Source: an uncultured Verrucomicrobiota bacterium
GTDB taxonomy: Bacteria; Verrucomicrobiota; Kiritimatiellia; CAIQIC01; CAZMXS01
Direction: 5' to 3'
Assembly: GCA_964570325.1 (NCBI GenBank)
Contig: CAZMXS010000009.1
Location: 29,894-93,893, forward strand
DNA: 64,000 nucleotides
Position numbers and translations under genes: made by a program. The first letter of the stretch is position 1, and the number at the start of each line of letters is the position of its first letter. Of this stretch, positions 43,919 to 51,756 are shown in pieces. Below the pieces are notes generated by a model. It saw only the letters and a list, made by a program, of their open reading frames with translations, was not told the DNA's origin and did not search any database.

Positions 43919-45892
43919 GTGCGGTTTGTCATGGAATGGAGCCAAAAAAACATGGCCTGGCTGTTGGCCGCCGTCCTGGTTTTGGGCGCGGCGCTGCGTG
44001 TGATTTATTACCGCGAGATACGGTCAGCGCCCGAATTCGGATTCCCGGCGGTTGATGCGGGTTATCATGATGCCTGGGCCCGAGCCGCCGTCAGCGGCGA
44101 CTGGAATCCGACCAAGCAGAATGATGTGTCCGCCATACCCGGCAACGCTTATCTTCGGCCGCCGGGCTATACCTGGTTCCTGATCTGGGTTTATCGAATT
44201 TTCGGGCCGAAATATGCCGCCGTCCGAATCGCTCAGATGGGGCTGGGATTGCTGAACATCGTATTGGCGTTCGCGCTTGGGCGGCGCCTGTTTGATATGG
44301 CAACCGGCTTGATCTGGGCGCTGATGATGGCCGTTTACTGGGCGTTCATTTACTTTGAAGGCGAACTCCTGGAACCGACGGTTTTGATTACATTGAGCTT
44401 GGCGTTGATGCTCGCGCTGGAAGGCTGGCGCCGGGATCGTTTGCCGCGGCAAGCAATCAGCGTCGGCGTCTGGCTGGGGCTATTTGCCGTTACCCGACCG
44501 AATATCCTGCTGTTTGCGCCGGTGGTCCTGCTTTGGCTGGGTTGGAACGAACGCTGGGCGCCGGTGCGGGCGGTCAGGGCGTCGGCCTTCTTTATCCTTG
44601 GGATGGCGGTCATTATCCTGCCGGTCACATTGCGCAACATTATCGTGGCGGGCGACCTGGTGCTGATTTCGTCCAATGCCGGGATCAATCTTTACATCGG
44701 CAACAATGAGCAGGCGGATGGTCTGTTTATCGGACATGTGCCGGGGTCCGATGAGTTTGGGACCAGCGACGTCTATCCGGAAATCGTTCAACGGATGGAG
44801 CGCAAGGAGGGGCGGCGGCTCAAGTATTCGGAAGTATCGCGTTATTTCAGCCGCCAGGCTTGGGATTATATCCGCGCGCATCCGCGCGCGACATTCAGGC
44901 TGCTGGTTCGAAAGGCCCTGCTGTTCTGGGGCCCGTTGGAGACCGGGCATAATAAGTCCATTTATTACGACCGGGCTTTCTCGCGGTTGCTGTCCCGACT
45001 GCCGTTGGATTTCGCGGTGGCGCTGGCGCTGGCGCTGCTGGGCGCGGCGACTTGTTTTTGGCGGCATGCGGCTTGTGCAGGCTTGCCCCGGTCCGGCAAC
45101 TCAAGCGCCATGCTGGTTTTGATCCTGCTGTTTATCCTCGTGTATTTCGCATCATTTCTGCCTTTCTTTGTTACGGGCCAATATCGTGTGCCGGTCATTC
45201 CGTTTCTGATGCTTTTCGCGGCCTGGGCGGTGCGCGGCTGGTTCGGCTTGTTGGCGGGCCGGCGTGGGCGGGCGGCGCTGGCCTGGCTGGCGGGGCTGGC
45301 GCTGCTGTACGCGTGTGTTTCGGTTAATTATGCCGGCTTCGAGCCCAACCTGGCGAAGTGGCATTTCGATCGTGGGACGGCGTTCGGCAAGCAGGGCCGG
45401 ACAGCGGAAGCCGAGCAGTCGTACCGGGCGGTGATTTCCGCCGACCCGGCGTCGGCCGAGGCGTGGATGAATCTCGGACTGGTTGTTGAAAAACGAGCCG
45501 GACCGGAGGCGGCGGAGCCCTATTACCGGCGCGCGCTGGAACTACGGCCTGACCTGGCCAAGGCCTACAATAATCTGGGCAACAACTTGTTTCGCCAGCA
45601 TCGGCTGGCGGAGGCCGTGCAATGCTATCAATCTGCGTTGACCTTGCGCCCATCAGCCGCGGATGTTCACAAAAACCTGGCGGCGGCGTTGCTGGTCCTC
45701 AACCGCCCCGCGGAGGCCGTGCCCCATTTTGAGGCGGCGTTGCGGCTCGATCCGGACAGCCCGCGCGCGGAGGCCGGGCTGGCGGAGGCGTTGGGGAGGC
45801 TGGACCGCAAGGCCGAGGCGGCGGAGCATTTCCGGCGGGCATGGGAACTGCAGGGGAAGAAGAAGCCGCCCAATCTGAAACCTGAAATCTGA
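43919..45892 (+). CDS. GT39/PMT_2-type (ArnT-like) GT-C glycosyltransferase fused to C-terminal TPR repeats
   Basis: Polytopic N-terminal domain with YLRPPGYTWFLIWVYRIFG (PMT_2-like). C-terminal TPR units. GTG start; alternative ATG at 43931. Confidence 0.7.
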   Translation: MRFVMEWSQKNMAWLLAAVLVLGAALRVIYYREIRSAPEFGFPAVDAGYHDAWARAAVSGDWNPTKQNDVSAIPGNAYLRPPGYTWFLIWVYRIFGPKYAAVRIAQMGLGLLNIVLAFALGRRLFDMATGLIWALMMAVYWAFIYFEGELLEPTVLITLSLALMLALEGWRRDRLPRQAISVGVWLGLFAVTRPNILLFAPVVLLWLGWNERWAPVRAVRASAFFILGMAVIILPVTLRNIIVAGDLVLISSNAGINLYIGNNEQADGLFIGHVPGSDEFGTSDVYPEIVQRMERKEGRRLKYSEVSRYFSRQAWDYIRAHPRATFRLLVRKALLFWGPLETGHNKSIYYDRAFSRLLSRLPLDFAVALALALLGAATCFWRHAACAGLPRSGNSSAMLVLILLFILVYFASFLPFFVTGQYRVPVIPFLMLFAAWAVRGWFGLLAGRRGRAALAWLAGLALLYACVSVNYAGFEPNLAKWHFDRGTAFGKQGRTAEAEQSYRAVISADPASAEAWMNLGLVVEKRAGPEAAEPYYRRALELRPDLAKAYNNLGNNLFRQHRLAEAVQCYQSALTLRPSAADVHKNLAAALLVLNRPAEAVPHFEAALRLDPDSPRAEAGLAEALGRLDRKAEAAEHFRRAWELQGKKKPPNLKPEI

Positions 45893-45915
45893 AACCTGAA
45901 AATATGAAACCTGAG
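45874..45915. repeat. Heptamer array
   Basis: TCTGAAA CCTGAAA TCTGAAA CCTGAAA ATATGAAA CCTGAG. TGA occurs six times; the gene stop is the third. Confidence 0.85.
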
Positions 45916-46003
45916 TGGGCATGCCGGTGCGGATCCGGTGGGACGAACCGTCCCCGGTGAGCCGCGACGATGGCTCAAGCCTGGTCGGGGAGAAAAAAAC
46001 AGA

Positions 46004-46037
46004 ATTTTTAGTGTATTTTCATGTTTTTTATGGCCAT
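46004..46037 (+). promoter_or_regulatory. Phased T-tract upstream element (copy C), ends 11 nt before the ATG
   Basis: ATTTTTAGTGTATTTTCATGTTTTTTATGGCCAT. Confidence 0.5.
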
Positions 46038-46048
46038 TCTTTGCGCCT

Positions 46049-46741
46049 ATGAACCCAGTTGAGGATAGTCTGTCAACATTGACCCGCGGGCAGCGGTTTG
46101 TCCGGGCGGTGCTGATTCCGAACGCGACGGTTTTTGTATCGAGCGCCTGCATCATGATTGTTGAGCTGGTGGCCGGCCGCGTCATCTCGCGTTTTGTCGG
46201 CCAGTCGCTTTACACGTGGACTTCCGTGATCGGCGTCGTGTTGGCCGGCATTTCCGTCGGCAATTACATCGGCGGCGTGCTGGCGGATCGCTACAAACCC
46301 GCGCCCACGATTTCGTTGCTGTTCATGTTTTCGGCCGCGCTGTGCATGTGCATCCCGGCGCTCAATGCCTGGGCCGGCGGCCGTCTTTTCCTGTTGGAAC
46401 GGGATTGGCCCGTCCGGATTTTTCTCCATGTGTTCTTCACGTTTTTCCTGCCGTCGTGCGCGCTGGGCATGATCAGCCCGGTGGTGGCGCGCATGGCGGT
46501 GACCCAGTCGGCGAAAACCGGCCGGGCGATCGGCGATGTTTACGCGTGGGGCGCCGCCGGCAGCATTTTAGGCACTTTTCTGGCCGGATATTATCTCATT
46601 GCCGCGCTGGGTACGTTCGCGGTGATCGCGGTGGTGTCCAGCGTGCTGGCGTTGATGGGGTTGCTGTACGCGGCCCGCTCCTGGGCGGCCCGTTTTTTTT
46701 TTTGCGCTAACGCTGGTGGTCGTGGCCGGAGCGGTGACTGA
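46049..46741 (+). CDS. N-terminal membrane fragment of a fused membrane/spermidine-synthase-like protein (frame lost at T11)
   Basis: About 7 TM segments. After the T11 run at 46693-46703 the frame runs out (…FFFCANAGGRGRSGD*). Confidence 0.7.
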   Translation: MNPVEDSLSTLTRGQRFVRAVLIPNATVFVSSACIMIVELVAGRVISRFVGQSLYTWTSVIGVVLAGISVGNYIGGVLADRYKPAPTISLLFMFSAALCMCIPALNAWAGGRLFLLERDWPVRIFLHVFFTFFLPSCALGMISPVVARMAVTQSAKTGRAIGDVYAWGAAGSILGTFLAGYYLIAALGTFAVIAVVSSVLALMGLLYAARSWAARFFFCANAGGRGRSGD

Positions 46742-48251
46742 CGGCCCCCGCGCGCTGGCGGTGGGCCGGCTGCTGGCGTTTCGCGAGCCGGTGAATCCGG
46801 AGCGGCTGGTTTTGTTCGACCGGGAAAGCCAGTACGAGCGGGTATTGGTGACCGCCCATCCGCGCGCGCCGAATTTCCGGGTGATGATCCTCGACAAGCT
46901 GCGCCACAGCGGCGTCAATCTGCACGACCGGCTGGACCTGTTGGCGGAATACACCTGGGTCTACGAGGCGGTCATGGCCAAATATGCGCCGACTTCCCAA
47001 CCGATATCCGCGCTGGTGATCGGCGGGGGCGGTTACATCATGCCCTATTACATCGAACGCACCCGCCCCGGCAGCCGGATCTGCGTGGCCGAAATTGATC
47101 CGGTGGTGACGGAGGCGGCCCAGCAGGCGTTCGGGCTGCCCACCAATGCCGCCATCGAAATCCACAACATGGACGCACGGAACCTGGTTGCGGACCTGGC
47201 GCGCGACCCGCGCGCGAACCGGTTCGAGTTCATCATGGGCGATTCGATCAACCACCACTACGTCCCGTTCCATCTGACCACCCAGGAGTTTAACGCGCAA
47301 CTGGCGGCCCTGCTCGATACCAACGGCGTCTATATGCTGCATTTTGTGGACAGCCTGGCCGCCGGCCGGTTTGTAGGGTCTGTTATCCGCACGATGCGCG
47401 CGACATTCCCGCAGGTGTATGGGCTTTCCCTGTCCGCCGATCCCGCCACGATCAAGAACCTGATGGTGATCGGCGCCTGGCGCCCGCTCGACCTGGCCGA
47501 CATTCCCGAACGAATTCGCGCCCGGCATCCGCAGTTCGCGGGCTTTGTGCTGACGCCGGCCATGCTGGACGAGGCGGCCGGCCGGCCCGGCGCGGTGGTG
47601 CTGACAGACGATTACGCGCCGGTGGAGAACCTGTTGCTGAATGTGGTGCGCGGCAACGATGAGGATCGCTTCCAGAAGTACTACGAGTTGAGCCTCGCGG
47701 CCGGCGCGCGCGGCGATTACACCGGCGCGGTGGCCGCGCTGGAGAAAGTGCTGCGGCGGAATCCCAACCATGCCGACGCGCTATATCACATCGCGCGCAA
47801 CCAGATGCTGGCCGGCGAAAGCCGCGCGGCGTTGGCGACTGCCGACCGCCTGCTCGGCGTGGAGCCGCGGAGCGGCCGCAATCTGGCGCTGCGGGGCGAG
47901 ATCCTCGCGCGGCTGGGGCGCATGGACGAAGCGTTGGCCGCCCTGGAGACGGCCGTGGCGACCGCGCCGGCTGAAACCGAGGCCCGCAATGCCCTGGGCA
48001 TCCTGCTGGCCGCGCTCGGCCGGCCGGACGCGGCGCTGGAACAGTGGCGCGAGGTGCTTCAGCGCGCGCCGGCCGATGCGACGGCGCATTACTACGCGGC
48101 GCAACTGCTGTTGTCACGGGGCGACCTGGCGCAGGCCGCGCGCCATGAGGCGGAAGCCCGCCGCGCCGATCCGGAAATGCGATCCATCAAGCGGATGTTC
48201 ATCCGGCTGCCGACGACCAACGCGGCGGATCTGGTGCGGCAATACTTTTAG
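46716..48251 (+). CDS. C-terminal fragment: spermidine-synthase-like (class I SAM-fold) domain + TPR repeats
   Basis: LVIGGGGYIMPYY...VAEIDP aminopropyl/methyltransferase-like motifs followed by TPR units. The frame extends upstream to the T11 run as FFFALTLVVVAG. Confidence 0.75.
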   Translation: MVVAGAVTDGPRALAVGRLLAFREPVNPERLVLFDRESQYERVLVTAHPRAPNFRVMILDKLRHSGVNLHDRLDLLAEYTWVYEAVMAKYAPTSQPISALVIGGGGYIMPYYIERTRPGSRICVAEIDPVVTEAAQQAFGLPTNAAIEIHNMDARNLVADLARDPRANRFEFIMGDSINHHYVPFHLTTQEFNAQLAALLDTNGVYMLHFVDSLAAGRFVGSVIRTMRATFPQVYGLSLSADPATIKNLMVIGAWRPLDLADIPERIRARHPQFAGFVLTPAMLDEAAGRPGAVVLTDDYAPVENLLLNVVRGNDEDRFQKYYELSLAAGARGDYTGAVAALEKVLRRNPNHADALYHIARNQMLAGESRAALATADRLLGVEPRSGRNLALRGEILARLGRMDEALAALETAVATAPAETEARNALGILLAALGRPDAALEQWREVLQRAPADATAHYYAAQLLLSRGDLAQAARHEAEARRADPEMRSIKRMFIRLPTTNAADLVRQYF

Positions 48252-49054
48252 CCGGCGGGACGCGTCGCGCTGCCGTTGGGGATTTTTTGGGGGGGCTGGG
48301 CCGATCCATTTTTCCCGCAGCAATTCTTGTATTTCCGCCCGCTGCCGCAGGGACAAGGCGCATTACGGCCCGCCGGTGTAGCTTCCAGTTGCCGGGCGAC
48401 CGATCCGGGCCGGCGCAGGTAAAACGGCGCAAGCGCCACCATGAAAATTGCGAGCGCGAGAAACTGCCGGCCGCCGGTGCTGAGAAAGAGTTTCCAGAAA
48501 GTCAATCCGGACCGCGGGCCGAAGAATTCATCCAGCATGGCGATATTTTCCGGCGTGCCGTGGATGCGGACCCGAGCCACATCGCCGGCGAAGGCTTCGA
48601 CCGCGCCCCAGAGCAGCGCCAGCGGCAGGTCGCTCAGCTCGACCAGGACCAGCAAGGGGAAGGCCAGGGCCAGCGCCAGCAGCCGCCGGCGCCAGGCCAG
48701 CGGCCAGGCCAGCAGCAGCATCAAAACAATCGCGGGCGCGATCAAGACCGAGGTCGTGGAGGTGTGGACATCGGTGGTCAAATTGGTTTGGAAGCGGCCC
48801 CGCCGGTCAGTGTGCTCGACCGGCAGGGCGAAGGTGAGCTGGAGGTCGGCCCCGCACAAATCCAGGCGTTGCACCTGCAAGGGCGTGAGCCATTCCAGCT
48901 CCGCCTTGAACAACGGCAGCAGCGGGCGGATCAGCCACTGGCCGGCGACCAGCATGGCCCCGGAGACCAGCAGGAAGGCCAGCGCCAGGCGCAACACCAG
49001 GCGGCGAATAAATCGGACCGGGCTACCGGTCGGCTGGAGGGGTGGATTGTCCAA
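48248..49054 (-). CDS. Membrane protein with C-terminal SEC-C metal-binding motif, exosortase-H neighbour
   Basis: Several TM segments. C-terminal APCPCGSGRKYKNCCGKN (SEC-C motif). TTG start is uncertain; an internal GTG is possible. Confidence 0.65.
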   Translation of the reverse strand: MDNPPLQPTGSPVRFIRRLVLRLALAFLLVSGAMLVAGQWLIRPLLPLFKAELEWLTPLQVQRLDLCGADLQLTFALPVEHTDRRGRFQTNLTTDVHTSTTSVLIAPAIVLMLLLAWPLAWRRRLLALALAFPLLVLVELSDLPLALLWGAVEAFAGDVARVRIHGTPENIAMLDEFFGPRSGLTFWKLFLSTGGRQFLALAIFMVALAPFYLRRPGSVARQLEATPAGRNAPCPCGSGRKYKNCCGKNGSAQPPQKIPNGSATRPAG

Positions 49055-49550
49055 AGCGTTCGATCCAGAAAAGGAAAAAAGCCACGCCGATAAAGATGAT
49101 GACGACCTGCCAGAAATACAGGTGCGCGAAGTCGAACCACGCCGGCCGGTAACGGAAGATGTAGTAGAGGCTGATGATCCGGACCAGGTTGACGACGTAA
49201 ATCAAAGCGATGCCGGCGGCGATGCCTTCGAGCTTGCGGCGCGCCGGCATGAAATAAGCCGCGAGGGCGGCTATCACCAGGATCATGGTTTCAATTCCTT
49301 CGCAGCCTTTCGCGATGCTCAAGCTGATGCCCGGCGCCGTGATGGCGTCCCGCCGGGCAACGGTTCGTTCGCCGGGCGTGCAGAGATTGATGATGCGCGA
49401 GGCGGTCCCGGCGTTTAGGCGATGGATGATGAACCGCGAGACGTATGGCGTGGAAACCAGGTACAAGCCCATCAGTGCCGTGAAAATGACCGCGAAGCGG
49501 ACAAAGAACACGATCGGCCGGCGATTAGTTTGAAAAAACGATGAGTTCAA
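49023..49550 (-). CDS. xrtH: Exosortase H (IPTLxxWG-CTERM-specific)-like small exosortase
   Basis: 175 aa, polytopic. IAKGCEGIE (catalytic Cys region), conserved downstream Arg (VNLVRI) and a later His. Next to an IPTL-CTERM protein. TTG start lies inside a heptamer array. Confidence 0.7.
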   Translation of the reverse strand: MNSSFFQTNRRPIVFFVRFAVIFTALMGLYLVSTPYVSRFIIHRLNAGTASRIINLCTPGERTVARRDAITAPGISLSIAKGCEGIETMILVIAALAAYFMPARRKLEGIAAGIALIYVVNLVRIISLYYIFRYRPAWFDFAHLYFWQVVIIFIGVAFFLFWIERFGQSTPPADR

Positions 49551-49564
49551 AGTTCAAGGTTCCA
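49544..49564. repeat. Heptamer array
   Basis: AGTTCAA AGTTCAA GGTTCCA. Confidence 0.7.
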
Positions 49565-49591
49565 ATCTACAGTATCAATAGCCTGTAGATT
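49564..49591 (-). other. 9-bp stem hairpin between inverted heptamer arrays
   Basis: AATCTACAG-TATCAATAGC-CTGTAGATT, 5 nt after the stop of the IPTL-CTERM gene. No U-tract follows. Confidence 0.4.
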
Positions 49592-49595
49592 GCAT

Positions 49596-50282
49596 TCAGC
49601 CAACTTTGAACTTTAGACCTTGAACTTTGAACCCGGTTTTGCGGAGCGCCAGTCCGGCCAGCAACAGGGCCATGATGCCCAGGCCCCATTCCGTCAGCGT
49701 CGGGATCTGGGCCGCGGCGGTCGAGATGCCGAACTCGCCGATGGCGAAACCATAGGCGGTACGTTCGACCACGATATGGATCATGGCGATTGTCTGGGTT
49801 TCGCTGCCGGTATAGAACCCGAAGCCGTTGGCGCCGGCGCTGCCGGCCACCATGATGGGCCCGGAGGATGTGCCGTCGTTGGCCGTGGCGGTGATGGCAT
49901 AGTTCCCCCAGCGCTCGGGTTCGATATAGAAATAGAAGGCCGTGGTGTTGGTCGGCAGGTGGAGCGTGATGTTCGTGCGGAACCAGCCGGCGAATACCGG
50001 ACCGGTGTAGCCGTGACTCCAGGTCAGCCAGGAATCCGGCACAGTTTGCTTGGTCAGGTTGGCGGAAAGCGTAAGTTGGCCGGGGATCGGACAGCCGGGA
50101 ATGTTGGTGGTGGCGGCGCCATCAGCCAGCGCGGATTGGGGGGCGGGGTCGAAGCGGGCGACCGGGATGGTGCCCAAAACGGGCGGTGGCGCGGTCAGTC
50201 CGAGGTTGACGAAGGTGATTTCGGCGCGACCGACGGGCGCCAGAATGAGGAATGCCCCAAGAATCACAAGAAAATGCCGCAT
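49596..50282 (-). CDS. IPTL-CTERM sorting-domain protein
   Basis: Signal peptide MRHFLVILGAFLILAPVGRA. C-terminal IPTLTEWGLGIMALLLAGLALRK. Alternative upstream starts at 50294 and 50336. Confidence 0.75.
   Translation of the reverse strand: MRHFLVILGAFLILAPVGRAEITFVNLGLTAPPPVLGTIPVARFDPAPQSALADGAATTNIPGCPIPGQLTLSANLTKQTVPDSWLTWSHGYTGPVFAGWFRTNITLHLPTNTTAFYFYIEPERWGNYAITATANDGTSSGPIMVAGSAGANGFGFYTGSETQTIAMIHIVVERTAYGFAIGEFGISTAAAQIPTLTEWGLGIMALLLAGLALRKTGFKVQGLKFKVG
49604..49632. repeat. Heptamer array, inverse of 49544-49564
   Basis: CTTTGAA CTTTAGA CCTTGAA CTTTGAA. Encodes the tail GFKVQGLKFKVG. Confidence 0.8.
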
Positions 50283-50405
50283 AAGCCCCCCCATGTATGT
50301 GAGCCGATTATACGGCAATTGGATGTGGCTGTTCAATCGAATAGCGGGGCAGGGCGCCGTCGTTTGGGCGGTTGGATCAGGAGCCGGTCAGAGGCTGTGA
50401 ACGGG

Positions 50406-51158
50406 TCACAGCGCGAGTCCGATGCGCACGGCCTGGTCAATGTCCGCCCAGGTCAGATTGGCGTTGCGCAAGTCGGCATGGAAGAGATTGGCTCCGCGGA
50501 GGATGGCCCCGTGCAAGTTGGCCCAAACCAGCTTGGCATTCTGCAGATTGGCGTCCTTCATGATCGCGTCCTTCAGCGCGGCATAGCTGAGGTCGGCGCC
50601 CTCCAGATTGGCGCCGATCAGGTTGGCGTCCGTCAAGTTAGCCTCGCACAGATTGGCGTTAATGAGCGTGGCGCGGAAGAGATTGGTGCCGCGCAGGTTC
50701 GCGCCGCGCAAATCGGCGCCGCACAGGTCGGTTTCGCGCAGATTCACGCCTTGGAGGTTGGCCATCGCCAGATTGGCGCGGTGAAGATTCGCGCGGCTCA
50801 GGCAGGCGCCGATTAACCGGGCGAGGTCGAGGCGGGCCCAGGAGAGATCGGACGAGGACAGGTTCGCATTATCGAGCACGGCTCCGCTGAGGTCCGCGCC
50901 GCACAGATTGGTATGCAGCAGCGAAGCCTCCCGCAGGTTCACCTTGATCAACGTGGACCAGGAGAGATCGGCCTCCGACAATTCCGCTCCGAACAGATTC
51001 GACATACGCAAGTCCGACCGGCTTAGATCGGCCATAAACAGATCAACACGAGCCATGTTTGCGTTGATCAGGACGACCTCTTGCAGGTTGGCGAACTGCA
51101 GTCGCGCCCCAACCAACCGGCCATCCTTGGCGTAGTCAATGAGCTCATCCGTGGTCAT
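50406..51158 (-). CDS. Pentapeptide-repeat protein
   Basis: About 45 consecutive A(D/N)LxX pentapeptides (ANLRGANL, ADLSGAVL and similar). Confidence 0.9.
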   Translation of the reverse strand: MTTDELIDYAKDGRLVGARLQFANLQEVVLINANMARVDLFMADLSRSDLRMSNLFGAELSEADLSWSTLIKVNLREASLLHTNLCGADLSGAVLDNANLSSSDLSWARLDLARLIGACLSRANLHRANLAMANLQGVNLRETDLCGADLRGANLRGTNLFRATLINANLCEANLTDANLIGANLEGADLSYAALKDAIMKDANLQNAKLVWANLHGAILRGANLFHADLRNANLTWADIDQAVRIGLAL

Positions 51159-51404
51159 TGTCAGACTTCCACCGCTGGCTATCTCATGAAGAGACCCCCT
51201 GCGTTAATAAAAAACACCGCCTGCCTATCATGCAGATTAACCATAGAATCGGCCGGCCCGCGCGCGGCTTAATCCGGCGGGCCTCCAACCTTGCACTTTT
51301 TTCCCCAGGAGCATTTTTTTCCGGCCCCTCGCGTATTGTTGGCGGCAACCATTTTATTTTTTCGGCCGCTGGACGTATTATATTAACACTCGCGAGGGTG
51401 TGCG

Positions 51405-51695
51405 ATGTACGATGCTTCCATATCCGGGTTGCGCGCGGCGGAAACGCGGCTCGCCGCGGCCGCGCATAACACCGCCAATATCAACACCGAAGGTGCGCGG
51501 GCCTGGCGCGTGCGCCAGGCCGAATTGCCGGAACGCAGCGGCACGGCGGCGCGCGCGGAGCGGACGGAATTGCCGCCCGATCTGCTGGAGGACTCCATCG
51601 AACGGATCGGCGCCTTGCGTTATGGCCAGGCCAACGCCGCCGCCTTGCGCGCGCAGGATGAGCTGACCGGCATGATCCTGAATATCCGCGCCTGA
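51405..51695 (+). CDS. Small FlgB/FlgC-like (flagellar rod N- and C-terminal motifs) protein
   Basis: N-terminal SGLRAAETRLAAAAHNTANINTEG fits the rod motif N.AN..T.G. C-terminal LEDSIERIGALRYGQANAAALRAQDELTGMILNI resembles the FlgC C-terminal helix. Only 96 aa. Confidence 0.4.
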   Translation: MYDASISGLRAAETRLAAAAHNTANINTEGARAWRVRQAELPERSGTAARAERTELPPDLLEDSIERIGALRYGQANAAALRAQDELTGMILNIRA

Positions 51696-51756
51696 ACACC
51701 GGTGCAACCGCTGGCGCCACGGGCCGCTTTTTGCTGGTTGAGGTCGGTTGGAGCAT

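Noticed and set aside
45874-45915. The heptamer arrays considered as CRISPR arrays or classical minisatellites.
   Set aside because: Units are only 7 nt with no spacers, there are 3-6 copies per locus, and no cas genes are present. They are reported instead as a separate repeat class.
50406-51158. Strong 15-nt DNA periodicity, considered as a non-coding tandem repeat.
   Set aside because: The periodicity is fully explained by a continuous 250-aa pentapeptide-repeat ORF.
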